Virus record (IMG/VR): IMGVR_UViG_3300013005_000022 | Span: 54,443-118,442 of that record | DNA length: 64,000 bases | Origin: a virus | Taxonomy: Duplodnaviria > Heunggongvirae > Uroviricota > Caudoviricetes | Reading direction: 5' to 3' (one strand) | In this document: one piece after another, positions 28,115 through 38,282 of the stretch | Position numbering within the stretch: the stretch's first letter is position 1 | Layout of the letters: each line of letters opens with the position of its first letter | Notes under the pieces: model-generated | The model's database searches: none | Seen by the model: the letters and a program-made list of their open reading frames with translations, nothing else | What the model was told of the DNA's origin: nothing | Made by a program: the position numbers and the translations under genes

Positions 28115-29950
28115 ATGAAAGCAGTAGACATAAGTAAAAAATACGAATTGCTCGATGAAATTCAACACGTCTTAAAAAGACCGGGAATGTACATCGGATC
28201 AACAAAACCCCATCAATCATCAGAGTACTTCTTAACAAATGGAAAATTCCAAAAAGAAGAAATAGAATTCAATCCTGGCTTCTTAAAGTTATTCGATGAA
28301 ATTGTTTCCAATTCAGTCGATGAATCCAAAAGAAATAAAACTCTAGATACCATCGTTATAAACATCAATGAAAAAACAAACGAAGTTACCATTTGGGATA
28401 ATGGTGGAATTCCGGTTATTCAACATACCGAACACAAGCAATGGATTCCCGAACTAATCTTCTCGAATCTTCGTGCTGGTTCAAATTTCGATGATACTCA
28501 ATCTCGTACAGTTGCCGGTACCAATGGTGTAGGTTCTACATTAACTAACATCTTTTCCAAGAAATTTACCGTCAAAACCGCTGATGGTAAAAATCAATTC
28601 ATTCAGACTTTTACCGACAATATGGGTAAAAGAACAGAACCTAAAATCACAAACTCTGAAAGGAAATTTACTGAAATATCTTATATCGCAGATCTAGAAC
28701 AATTTGGAATGCAATCAATTGGTGACGAACATATCAAAATGATTCGTAAACGTTTAATTGATATTGCTGCTGCAAATCCTGGTCTTCGAGTAACTTTCAA
28801 TAAAGAGAAGTTTCGTTTCAAATCATTTTTAGAATATGTTAAATTATACGTCGATGATGCTTTATTCGAATCTTCAGAAAATTGGGAATTCGCTTTTGCA
28901 CCGTCAAATGGTTCTTTCCAATCTGTTTCCTTTGTTAATTCCATTGAAACTAAAGATGGTGGAACTCATATCAATTATATCTTAAATCAAGCGGTTGAAA
29001 AACTTCGAGTTCTAATCAAGAAAAGACACAAAGTCGAAGTAAAACCTGCAGAAATTCGTAATCACATCTTTTTGTTTGTGAATGCAACGGTATTCAATCC
29101 GGCATTCTCATCACAAACAAAAGAAAAGCTAATTACAGAACCTAAAGATTTTGGATCTTCTCACATCCTTTCAGATAAACTTGCAATGCGTATCTTTCAA
29201 TCAGAAATTGTAAAATCTTTACTTGATTGGATTGATCGTAAAAAAGATGCTGAGGAAAGAGCACAACTTCGTAAACTAAACAAAAATCTAGATACCACCA
29301 AGATTCAGAAATTAATCGATGCAAAATCTAGAGGTGATCGTGATAAATGTGTACTCGGTATCTTCGAAGGAATGAGTGCATTAAGTGCCGTTCGTAAATT
29401 TAGAGATCCACAATCATTCGGTGCATTTCCACTCAAAGGTAAGTTTCTAAATGTTAATGAATTAAAACCTTCTGATGTTATTAAGAATCGTGAAGTAGTC
29501 GATCTTATGGGTTCTCTTGGACTTCGTTTAGGTGAAGCACCTGAAAATCTTCGTTATGGTAAGATTTACATATATACCGATGCTGATCCAGATGGTGATG
29601 CAATCGCTGCTCTGTTAATTAATTTCTTCGCTAAATTTTGGCCAGAACTATTTACCGAAAATCGAATTTTTAGAATTATGACACCTATTGTAGTTGCTCA
29701 AAAAGGAAAACAAACAATGAGTTTCTACACCAATGGTGATTATCATAAATGGTTTAATGAAATTGATCCAAAACCTTGGTCTATCGAATACAAAAAAGGA
29801 CTTGCATCTCTTGAAGATGTGGAATATAACGATATCATTCGTAACCCAAATACCTTATTGATTAGCAGTGATAAGCTATTCAAACAAACTCTATCCGAAT
29901 GGTTCGGTGGAGATTCTGCCCCTAGAAAAGCAAAATTGTTAAAAGCGTAA
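28115..29950 (+). CDS. type II DNA topoisomerase, ATPase/Toprim subunit (T4 gp39-like / GyrB-like)
   Basis: GHKL ATPase N-domain; Toprim acidic cluster IYTDADPDGDAIAALL; 611 aa; followed by the GyrA-like subunit. Confidence 0.85.
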   Translation: MKAVDISKKYELLDEIQHVLKRPGMYIGSTKPHQSSEYFLTNGKFQKEEIEFNPGFLKLFDEIVSNSVDESKRNKTLDTIVININEKTNEVTIWDNGGIPVIQHTEHKQWIPELIFSNLRAGSNFDDTQSRTVAGTNGVGSTLTNIFSKKFTVKTADGKNQFIQTFTDNMGKRTEPKITNSERKFTEISYIADLEQFGMQSIGDEHIKMIRKRLIDIAAANPGLRVTFNKEKFRFKSFLEYVKLYVDDALFESSENWEFAFAPSNGSFQSVSFVNSIETKDGGTHINYILNQAVEKLRVLIKKRHKVEVKPAEIRNHIFLFVNATVFNPAFSSQTKEKLITEPKDFGSSHILSDKLAMRIFQSEIVKSLLDWIDRKKDAEERAQLRKLNKNLDTTKIQKLIDAKSRGDRDKCVLGIFEGMSALSAVRKFRDPQSFGAFPLKGKFLNVNELKPSDVIKNREVVDLMGSLGLRLGEAPENLRYGKIYIYTDADPDGDAIAALLINFFAKFWPELFTENRIFRIMTPIVVAQKGKQTMSFYTNGDYHKWFNEIDPKPWSIEYKKGLASLEDVEYNDIIRNPNTLLISSDKLFKQTLSEWFGGDSAPRKAKLLKA

Positions 29951-29954
29951 ATAT

Positions 29955-31313
29955 ATGAAAGTAGCCGAACAAAAAGTAAAGTCAGTAACTGAATATCTCG
30001 ATACTGAATATTTAAGTTATGCAAAATATGTAGTAGAGAATCGAGCAATTCCATCCGTTATCGATGGATTTAAACCAACCCAAAGAAAGATTATTTTTAC
30101 AGCAAACCGTGCATGGAAGAATGGAACAGAAAAACCATTTAAGATTTTTCAATTAAGTGGTAAGGTTGCGGTTGAATCTTTTTATCATCATGGTAATGCA
30201 TCGCTTGATGCTGCAATTATTGGTATGGCACAATCATTTAAGAACTCCCTACCTCTTCTTGAAGAGATTGGTCAATTTGGTTCTTTACGATCTCCTGAAG
30301 CTGGTGCTCCTCGTTACATCTCTACCAAGTTATCTAAAAACTTCAGATTGCTTTATAAAGATTTCGAGTTACTTACACCTCGAATGGAAGAAGGAAATGA
30401 AATTGAACCTGAATACTTCTTACCTATTATTCCTACTGTTTTATTGAATGGATCTTCTGGTATTGCGGTTGGTTTCGCAACTAACATTCTAAATAGAAAT
30501 CCTATAGATTTAATTGATGCTTGTCTTGCGGTCGTTAATGGTAAGAAATATAAAGAACCTTTGCCTTGGTGGAAAGACTTTAATGGAAAGGTTGAAAAAG
30601 TCGATGGCAGTGCATCATCATTTGTATTTCGTGGAATTTACGATGTGAAAGATACCACAACCGTAGAAATCTCTGAACTTCCACCTTCAATGACCCTTGA
30701 GAAATACGACAATATACTTAATGGTCTTTTGGAAAAAGGAATCATTCGTCATTATGATGATAATTGTTCAAATGGAATTAGCTATACCGTAAAAATTGGT
30801 AGAGCAGAAATGAAACAACATCAACCTCGTCTTGAAGGTTATTTGAAAATGGCTGAAGCTGAAACCGAAAATCTAACTTGCCTAGATGAAAATGGTAAGC
30901 TAATTATCTTCAAGAATGTAAATGAAATTATCAATTACTTTGTTAACTTTCGTCTAAGTTATTACGACAAAAGAAAACAATACTACATTGATTTATATAC
31001 ACGAGACTTAATCAGATTATCAAATCGTGCTAGATTTATTAAAATGGTTGTTGATGGTAAACTAAAAATTAATAACATTCCAAAAGCGCAAATTGAAGCC
31101 GAATTGATTAAACATAAATTCGATCAGTTAGATGGTTCATTTACATATTTACTATCTATGCCTATTCATTCATTAACGAAAGAAAAAATCGATGAACTAC
31201 TTAAAGATGTTGAATCTAAAAAAGCAGAAATCGAAGAAATCAAAAAGTTAACGAAGGAAGAATGGTATAAACAAGATCTTATGGCTCTTAAAAAATCATT
31301 ACAAACTAAATAA
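29955..31313 (+). CDS. type II DNA topoisomerase, DNA breakage-reunion subunit (T4 gp52-like / GyrA N-terminal-like)
   Basis: FKPTQRKIIF (GyrA LKPVHRR-like); active-site region GAPRYISTKLS (RY catalytic tyrosine context). Confidence 0.8.
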   Translation: MKVAEQKVKSVTEYLDTEYLSYAKYVVENRAIPSVIDGFKPTQRKIIFTANRAWKNGTEKPFKIFQLSGKVAVESFYHHGNASLDAAIIGMAQSFKNSLPLLEEIGQFGSLRSPEAGAPRYISTKLSKNFRLLYKDFELLTPRMEEGNEIEPEYFLPIIPTVLLNGSSGIAVGFATNILNRNPIDLIDACLAVVNGKKYKEPLPWWKDFNGKVEKVDGSASSFVFRGIYDVKDTTTVEISELPPSMTLEKYDNILNGLLEKGIIRHYDDNCSNGISYTVKIGRAEMKQHQPRLEGYLKMAEAETENLTCLDENGKLIIFKNVNEIINYFVNFRLSYYDKRKQYYIDLYTRDLIRLSNRARFIKMVVDGKLKINNIPKAQIEAELIKHKFDQLDGSFTYLLSMPIHSLTKEKIDELLKDVESKKAEIEEIKKLTKEEWYKQDLMALKKSLQTK

Positions 31314-31320
31314 TCAAACA

Positions 31321-31614
31321 ATGAATTACAAAAAACTATTCTTGGATGGTCTAATTATAGTAGCCATCTTAACCGCATTAATTCCAACAACGAATTTAAT
31401 CTATCAGCTAATGAATACTCCATCAGATATCGCTTTCATCGGGCCAGTTCTTTGGTTTGGTGTGATAGCTTTATCTTTATGGCTTATTATACAAAGAGCA
31501 AAATCAATTAGTACTAATTATAATCAATCAAAAGTATGGGAACCTACTCAGAAAAAAGTCATTGGGAAATCCAAAGAGAAAAAGAAAGAGAACAAGAAAA
31601 ACAAGAACAATTAA
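31321..31614 (+). CDS. small membrane protein
   Basis: Two transmembrane helices; Lys-rich C-terminus. Confidence 0.45.
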   Translation: MNYKKLFLDGLIIVAILTALIPTTNLIYQLMNTPSDIAFIGPVLWFGVIALSLWLIIQRAKSISTNYNQSKVWEPTQKKVIGKSKEKKKENKKNKNN

Positions 31615-31637
31615 ACAAACAATTAAAAATCAAAAAA

Positions 31638-32480
31638 ATGGTAAAGAAAATTTTAATCGGAATTGGTGCATTTATTGCATTGATAATTCTATTTCAATCA
31701 TGTGAAAGAATCGATGCAGGACATGTTGGTGTAAAAGTTAATTTGTATGGAAGCGGTAAAGGTGTAGATGATGTTACTGAATGTACTGGTGTAGTATTCT
31801 ATAATCCTCTATCTACTAAGATTTATGAATTTCCAACTTACATTCAACACAAAGAATACAAGAAAACTGAAGATGTTGATAATTCATTTATCGTAAACTC
31901 GAAAGATGGTAGTGAATTTAGCGTTTCACCAATCATGAATTATTCAGTTCAACGTGATAAAGTTCCTGCAATCTTTGCCAAATATCGTAGATCTCTTCCA
32001 GAAATTGAGGAAGGATTTTTAAAGACCGCGGTATATGATGCATTCCGATTGGCAACTAATAAATACACAGCGGATGAATTAATATCTAATCGAGCAGTAT
32101 TTGAAATTGAAGTTCGTCGATTATTAGAAGGACAATTATTGAAAGAAGGATTCATTATCAATCAATTTACATCAAATCTAATTTATCCTGAAACTTTTAA
32201 ACGTTCAATTGAAGCTAAAAACAATGCAGTACAATCTGCACTAAGAGCAGAAAATGAAGTTAAAACCGCTGAAGCACAAGCCAAAATTAAGATTGCAACT
32301 GCAAATGGTAATGCTCAAGCTATGTTAACTGCCGCAAAAGCTGAAGCCGAAGCAAATAGTTTAAAACAGAAAACTATTACGCCAATGCTACTTCAATTAG
32401 AGTGGATTAACAAATGGAACGGAAAGTTACCAGAAACCATGTTAGGTGACAAAACATCTTCCATGATTGGCATTAAATAA
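31638..32480 (+). CDS. SPFH/band-7 (prohibitin/HflC-like) lipoprotein
   Basis: Start moved to the internal ATG giving lipoprotein signal MVKKILIGIGAFIALIILFQSC; C-terminal Ala/Glu-rich coiled coil typical of SPFH proteins. Confidence 0.55.
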   Translation: MVKKILIGIGAFIALIILFQSCERIDAGHVGVKVNLYGSGKGVDDVTECTGVVFYNPLSTKIYEFPTYIQHKEYKKTEDVDNSFIVNSKDGSEFSVSPIMNYSVQRDKVPAIFAKYRRSLPEIEEGFLKTAVYDAFRLATNKYTADELISNRAVFEIEVRRLLEGQLLKEGFIINQFTSNLIYPETFKRSIEAKNNAVQSALRAENEVKTAEAQAKIKIATANGNAQAMLTAAKAEAEANSLKQKTITPMLLQLEWINKWNGKLPETMLGDKTSSMIGIK

Positions 32481-32493
32481 CAACAAATCAACA

Positions 32494-32522
32494 AAGAGCG
32501 AGTCTTCAGGCTCGCTTTTTTA
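32494..32522 (+). terminator. intrinsic terminator
   Basis: GAGCGAG-TCTTCAGG-CTCGCTC-like stem followed by TTTTTT. Confidence 0.65.
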
Positions 32523-32757
32523 GGGTCCTTTTTAGGATGGCTTGTAGATAATTCCCTAACATATAACTTGAATGTACTTCTCGGATCAAAAGATGACATC
32601 TGTTGATATGTGGATATTTAGTTAATGAAAATTCTTATGGAATTAATTCGGGTCTTTAGAGATATCTCTATTTGATTGATGTTTTTAGATTATATTATTC
32701 CTATATTAATATACTATTTTATTATAGATCTCGAATATATAAAATAAAATCAAGGTA

Positions 32758-33000
32758 ATGAAAGAGAACAAAGATAGAAAATACCAAGTTCTTCTTTCTC
32801 CTTCAGATGACCATAAGTTAAAAAACATTATCATCAATTATTCATCGGTGAAAGGTCAATTAATGACGGCATCAGCTTATATTCGAGAAATGATTAACAA
32901 TCATATAAGAGAATATGAAGGAGAACAAAATTCGTTTGTGAACGAACGAGTTAAAGAAATTATTAGTCAAACTAAACAAACTACAAAAAACGAACAGTAA
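32758..33000 (+). CDS. hypothetical protein
   Basis: 80-aa ORF starting a new operon after a terminator and AT-rich spacer. Confidence 0.45.
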   Translation: MKENKDRKYQVLLSPSDDHKLKNIIINYSSVKGQLMTASAYIREMINNHIREYEGEQNSFVNERVKEIISQTKQTTKNEQ

Positions 33001-33003
33001 ATC

Positions 33004-33966
33004 ATGAGCGAAAAAAACAATTATGAGGTTGGGATGGGTGATTTAGAGAATCGCGAATTCCGCCAAGAAACACAAATTGACGAACAGGAACAAAAACCTA
33101 CGTCATTAGGTAAAGCTAGAGATTATGCAGATCGAGGATCTGAAGAACCGGCATTACTACCAGGTTACCACGAAATTTATGCAGAACAATTTCCATCTAA
33201 AGGGTTATTTTATCCAGAAGGAACTCGTTTCATGATTCGTGCTGCAGCAGTAAAAGAAATTAGACACTTCTCTACGATAGATGAACAAAATCCATTTTCC
33301 GTAGATGAAGCACTAAATGAAATTCTTAATGGATGTATGCAAATTCGTGTACCAGGCCGTCAAGCATCTTTTAAAGATCTTAAAGAAGAAGATCGTATTT
33401 TCATAATCATGGCTATCCGTGAATTAACCTTCTTAAAAGGAGAAAATCGTCTAATGCTTAGTGTTACATGTAAAGAATGTAATACGGATAATGACCTTGA
33501 TATTCGCAATGATGCATTCGAATCAACTCCATTAGAAGAAACAATCATGAGATATTACGACCCAGAAACTCGTATTTTTAATGTACAAACTAAATCGTCA
33601 GGTAATATTAAATTGTCTCCGCCATCAATTGGTATTATGCGTGAGGTAACTAAATACATTCAAAAGACTCAACAAGAAGGAAAGAAATTAGATCAATCAT
33701 TTATTAAAGTTCTTCCTTACATGGTTCAAGAATGGAGAGGTTTCACCGAAACATCTATTAAGAATATGGAAGTTGAATTTATGCGTTGGGATACCACTAA
33801 ATATCAGACAATGAGCAAACTAACAGAGATGACTCGAGTTGGTGTAAAAGAAGAGCTAAGTCATAATTGCTCAAAGTGCGGTACGGAGTTGCGCACTCCC
33901 ATTAGCTTTCCCGGAGGTATCAAAAGTCTTTTCGTTATTTCAGATATCTCTGGAGAACTTATTTAA
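33004..33966 (+). CDS. hypothetical protein with C-terminal zinc ribbon (tail assembly candidate by position)
   Basis: CKECNTD...CSKCGTEL Cys4 ribbon; two genes upstream of the tape-measure-like gene. Confidence 0.5.
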   Translation: MSEKNNYEVGMGDLENREFRQETQIDEQEQKPTSLGKARDYADRGSEEPALLPGYHEIYAEQFPSKGLFYPEGTRFMIRAAAVKEIRHFSTIDEQNPFSVDEALNEILNGCMQIRVPGRQASFKDLKEEDRIFIIMAIRELTFLKGENRLMLSVTCKECNTDNDLDIRNDAFESTPLEETIMRYYDPETRIFNVQTKSSGNIKLSPPSIGIMREVTKYIQKTQQEGKKLDQSFIKVLPYMVQEWRGFTETSIKNMEVEFMRWDTTKYQTMSKLTEMTRVGVKEELSHNCSKCGTELRTPISFPGGIKSLFVISDISGELI

Positions 33967-33991
33967 GACTAAAACTTATCTACTATATCAT

Positions 33992-34225
33992 TTGCGACTA
34001 CAGCCTTCAGAAATTGAAGGCATGTCGTATTATGAGTACGAATATATCACACAGAACTTGATAGATATATTAAAGGAGAAACAAGCTGCCGAAGAAAATT
34101 CTCAAAAAGGACAGACTGACAGTATGAATGTTAATTCCATGTTGAAAGATGCTAAACGAAGTTTACCGGCAATGCCTAGTTCGTTATCATCATTCCCTGG
34201 AATACCTTCCTCGTTAAAAATATAA
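33992..34225 (+). CDS. hypothetical protein (tail assembly chaperone candidate by position)
   Basis: 77-aa ORF directly before the tape-measure-like gene. Confidence 0.4.
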   Translation: MRLQPSEIEGMSYYEYEYITQNLIDILKEKQAAEENSQKGQTDSMNVNSMLKDAKRSLPAMPSSLSSFPGIPSSLKI

Positions 34226-34235
34226 CCTACGATAA

Positions 34236-37200
34236 TTGAGCGCTAGACAAGTAAATGCACAAGAAGCAATCGTTTCCATTACATCCAAGATGGAAGCGAT
34301 GCTTCAATCTGTGCAACAGCAATACGATCAATCAGTTACTTTGTTAACTCAATTGAACACCACAATGACTGTGGATGTTGGACAGGAGCTTAAGAAACAA
34401 ACTTCTATCCTTATGGCAATTGAGACCAAGTTAGGGTCTCAGGGTGGTGGTGCTGGAGAAGATAAAGTTCTAGGAAAAAACCTTGAGATACTTTCAACCG
34501 GTTTGAATAAACTTGTTTCAGCCGCTGCCAAAATTAAGCCTAAATCCGGTGAAAAGGTAAAGGAATTTTTAGGTAATATAGCCGAAGGTTTAATTAGTAT
34601 AACAGAAAAAATCGACGAAAAGAAAGCCGAAGCTATTTCCAATCTTATTTCAACATTAGGAAAAGGCGTTCTTCTATTCGGATTGACAATGACTCTGTAT
34701 TCAATATTAGGACCGACTGCAATGATCGGTGCTACCTTGTTTGGATTGACTGTAAGATTATTGATGAAATCTGCTGGAGTAGTAGATGAAAATTCTGTCA
34801 AAGGAATGGCTGCCGTTGCCAGTTTAGGATTAGGAGTTTTATACTTCGGTTTAGCAATGACTCTATATGTAATTCTTGCAGTACCGGCAATGTTAGGTGC
34901 TGTTTTATTTGGATTGACCGTTAGACTCTTAATGAAATCTGCTGGAGTAGTAGATGAAAATTCTGTCAAAGGAATGGCTGCGGTTGCGGCTTTAGGTTTA
35001 GGAGTTTTATACTTTGGTTTAGCATTGACCTTCTATGCCGTTCTTGCAGTACCGGCAATGTTAGGTGCTGTTTTATTTGGATTAACTGTTAGGCTCTTAA
35101 TAAAATCTGCCGGTATGGCCGATGCAAAATCGGTTGCTGGAATGCAAGCCCTAGTAGGGCTTGGAAAATCTATTTTAATATTCGGATTAGTTATGTTAGC
35201 CTTAACTATTATAATGCCGATTGTTCTTGTTGGTGCTCTACTCCTTTCATTAACTTTTAAACTTCTATCATGGGGTCTAAAAGAAATGGGTGAAAAGAAT
35301 GTTCGAAAAGGAATTGTAAATATTGCTCTTGGATCTATTGCTATTATCATTTTAGGTCTAACTATTATTGCATTCGCTGCTCAAGTTCCAGTAATGAGTT
35401 CACTTTATGTTCTACTTACTCTTGGTGCATTTGCATTAGCATTCTATGTAATAGGTAAATATTTTGATAACATCTTACGAGGTGCATTAGCGGTTGCCGC
35501 TATAGGGTTAGGTATTGCATTCTTGGCTTTAGGTTTATATTTCTATAAAGAAGTTGGAATGACATGGGAATCTACCGCAATGTTAGGTGCCACTATTGTA
35601 GGTCTTGGTCTTGCTATGTGGGGCTTTGGTAAATTCGCTACCGAAATTTCGAAAGGTGCACTTGCACTTGCAGAAGTTTCTGTTGCCTTTATAATATTTG
35701 GAGTTGGATTAGCTATTATGGGTGCTGCCGTTAAACAACTCTCTTGGGAGAATATTGCAATGATTGGTGCAGTAATCGTTGGAATGGGTCTTATTGCAAC
35801 CGTCTTAGGTATTGGTCCTATTCCTGGTTTTGCTATGGCTGGTGCTGCCGTTCTAGTTGTTCTAGGTGCTGCATTGGTAGTATTCTCTGTAGGATTCTTG
35901 ATTATTGCTACTGCAATGCAATTACTTGATGCTAAATCGATTGTGAATATGGGTAATGCAATTACCACTATTGGAATGTCAATGGTTCCTATTGGTTTAA
36001 TGTCTCCTCTAGTTATTTTAGGATCTGCTGCAATGGTTATTGCCGGTGCCGCATTAGTTCCTTTAACTATAGGCCTTGGTATTTTCCGAGCTATTGGATG
36101 GAAACCTTCGGATGGTGTCGCTTTAGAAAATGCAATGGGTGCTGTTATTAACGGTTTCCTTGGAGGACCTATGCCTGGTGGTATTTTAGCCGGAATTAAA
36201 TTTGCTGCCGGTGCCGCTGCTAGAGCTGCATTACTATTCATAACCGTTCCACCAATGATTCTTGCTGGTGTTGCTTTATTATCAATATCTTTAGGACTTG
36301 CCGCATTTAAGAAGATTGGATTTACTCCTACAGATTCTGCAAATATGGAAGCTGCTATCGGAGGTATCGTTGGAGCATTTTCATTAGTTACTGACAAAGA
36401 ACGTCAGAAGAAAATGGGAATCAATGTCAACTGGCAAGATTTAATGCTTGGTATTATGGCACTTTCTAATGCTGGAAATACCCTATCTTCTTTAGCAAAA
36501 GGTATACAAGCATTCGCTAATCTATCTGTTATAGAATATGAGGTAGTTGGTGCCGGAACTAAAGATGCCAAAATCGTTCCTAAAGGAGTTACCAAATTAT
36601 CGAAATCTGATTTTGAATTAGCTGCCTATGGTATGGCTCAAGTAATTTCTGCAATTGCTGAACCATTCGCTTTAGTAGGTCGATTAGAAAAAGGTGAATC
36701 TACCGGAAATCCATTCTACGATGCAATATTTGGTGGTGGATTTGTATCATCTGGTGTTAGTGCATTAGCTAGATCAGGAGATACTCTTGTTAATTTAGCA
36801 AAAGGAGTTAAAGCCTTTGCTAATCTAGAAATAACTGAATTTGAGGTTATTAATGCCGGAACTAAAAATGCTAAATTAGTTCCTAAATCAGTTAAGAAAA
36901 TGACTAAAACTGACTTCATTACTGCCGGTGAAAATATTGCCGAAATTATTGGAGTTGTTGCCAAAGCCTTTGCCGACGTTGGTAGAATGGAATCTAACTC
37001 TAGTGGTTGGTTCTCTGGTGGATTTATCTCTAAAGGGGTTCAAGCACTTGCTGGTGTTGGTGATAATCTAAAGAATATTACGGAATCTGTTTTGATGATG
37101 GCTAACCGTCAAATACCTCAATTTGAGGTAATCAATCCAGGAACCAAAGATGCTAAAGTTGTTCCTGCTAAACCTTTACAAATTACGGATAGAGATCTTA

Positions 37201-38252
37201 CTAACGCGGCAACTACGATTATGGATATTCTCCAGGTTGTTGCTAGAGGATTCTATGATATTGGTAAAATGGAAGATGATTCGTCTTCTTTCTGGGGTGA
37301 TGGATATATCACAAAAGGGGTTGCGGCTATTGGAGGAATCGGTGATACGGTTTCTAAAGTTACCGAATCGGTTATGAAAATCGCAACCGGAACATTTACT
37401 CCTATGACTGCAGTTGGTAGTGGGAAAGATACTAAACTAGTACCTGGAACTCCTATCAAAGTTACAGATGCAATGTTGAAATCCGCTGCACAGACCATCA
37501 ATTCAATTCTTAATATTTTAGGACATGGAATGTACAAATTTGGTAAATTCTATGAGAGTAATGCAGATACATTCGATGCCGCTTTCAGTGCCGTACCAAC
37601 AATGGCCGATGCAATAGGTAAATTTGCAGAAGTTAATGAAAAATGGTCTAAGATAACTGATGCGGAAAAAGGTCTACAATCATTTAGAAATTTCAATCAA
37701 TCGGTGATGGATATGTATGATCCTAAAAAGCAAAAATCTCTTCCTGAACAAGCTCAATATATGTTACTATTCGTTAAAGGAATAGAAAGACTGGCTGCAC
37801 CAGCCGAACAACTCGGTAAGGTTGCATCTAACGTAGAACGTATAGAAAAAGCAATGAAAAATATCAAAACACATGTTAATGGATTTGATATGGAAAGACT
37901 TACTAAAACCGATTCAATGTTTAAGTCAATGGCAATTCTATCTAAGAGTCCAGAAGCCATGGCTGCTAGAATTAACGATACACTTAAAGAAGCATTCGAA
38001 GAATTTGGTAAAGCTCTTTCTACCGCAATTAAGGAAGCCGGTGCTGCATCAGGTGGTGGTGTTCCAGTAGGAGATACTCCTCCAACCGGAAATCCACCAG
38101 TAAATCCTAAAGGAGGTAATCCACAAGGAAATCCTAAAGGAACTACAACCCCATCTATTACTCCGGCAATGATACAACAAGCAATGTCTGCTGCATTAAG
38201 TAGTGCAACTCTTACGGTGAAACCTGCCACTAATTCTCAATGGCCAGGATAA
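34236..38252 (+). CDS. tape measure-like protein with internal repeats and transmembrane-like Gly/Ala-rich segments
   Basis: 1338 aa; ~56-aa tandem repeats (GLTVRLLMKSAGVVDENSVKGMAAVA..LGLGVLYFGLAMTLY..); four C-terminal repeats of ..AFANL..E(F/Y)EV(I/V)..GTK(D/N)AK.VPK..; Pro/Gly-rich tail; preceded by chaperone-sized ORFs. Confidence 0.55.
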   Translation: MSARQVNAQEAIVSITSKMEAMLQSVQQQYDQSVTLLTQLNTTMTVDVGQELKKQTSILMAIETKLGSQGGGAGEDKVLGKNLEILSTGLNKLVSAAAKIKPKSGEKVKEFLGNIAEGLISITEKIDEKKAEAISNLISTLGKGVLLFGLTMTLYSILGPTAMIGATLFGLTVRLLMKSAGVVDENSVKGMAAVASLGLGVLYFGLAMTLYVILAVPAMLGAVLFGLTVRLLMKSAGVVDENSVKGMAAVAALGLGVLYFGLALTFYAVLAVPAMLGAVLFGLTVRLLIKSAGMADAKSVAGMQALVGLGKSILIFGLVMLALTIIMPIVLVGALLLSLTFKLLSWGLKEMGEKNVRKGIVNIALGSIAIIILGLTIIAFAAQVPVMSSLYVLLTLGAFALAFYVIGKYFDNILRGALAVAAIGLGIAFLALGLYFYKEVGMTWESTAMLGATIVGLGLAMWGFGKFATEISKGALALAEVSVAFIIFGVGLAIMGAAVKQLSWENIAMIGAVIVGMGLIATVLGIGPIPGFAMAGAAVLVVLGAALVVFSVGFLIIATAMQLLDAKSIVNMGNAITTIGMSMVPIGLMSPLVILGSAAMVIAGAALVPLTIGLGIFRAIGWKPSDGVALENAMGAVINGFLGGPMPGGILAGIKFAAGAAARAALLFITVPPMILAGVALLSISLGLAAFKKIGFTPTDSANMEAAIGGIVGAFSLVTDKERQKKMGINVNWQDLMLGIMALSNAGNTLSSLAKGIQAFANLSVIEYEVVGAGTKDAKIVPKGVTKLSKSDFELAAYGMAQVISAIAEPFALVGRLEKGESTGNPFYDAIFGGGFVSSGVSALARSGDTLVNLAKGVKAFANLEITEFEVINAGTKNAKLVPKSVKKMTKTDFITAGENIAEIIGVVAKAFADVGRMESNSSGWFSGGFISKGVQALAGVGDNLKNITESVLMMANRQIPQFEVINPGTKDAKVVPAKPLQITDRDLTNAATTIMDILQVVARGFYDIGKMEDDSSSFWGDGYITKGVAAIGGIGDTVSKVTESVMKIATGTFTPMTAVGSGKDTKLVPGTPIKVTDAMLKSAAQTINSILNILGHGMYKFGKFYESNADTFDAAFSAVPTMADAIGKFAEVNEKWSKITDAEKGLQSFRNFNQSVMDMYDPKKQKSLPEQAQYMLLFVKGIERLAAPAEQLGKVASNVERIEKAMKNIKTHVNGFDMERLTKTDSMFKSMAILSKSPEAMAARINDTLKEAFEEFGKALSTAIKEAGAASGGGVPVGDTPPTGNPPVNPKGGNPQGNPKGTTTPSITPAMIQQAMSAALSSATLTVKPATNSQWPG
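34677..35110 (+). repeat. ~168-bp tandem DNA repeat (~2.6 copies) inside the tape-measure-like gene
   Basis: Near-identical DNA units begin at ~34677, ~34846 and ~35013. Confidence 0.7.
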
Positions 38253-38282
38253 CATGGCTAAATAAACATAAACAAATAATAC

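Noticed and set aside
34439-36397. Long minus-strand ORFs (176 aa and 284 aa), and all other minus-strand ORFs in the track
   Set aside because: Every minus-strand ORF lies wholly inside a well-supported + strand gene (tape-measure, topoisomerase, terminase and others). They arise from codon-biased or repetitive sequence on the antisense strand and have no independent motif or promoter support.
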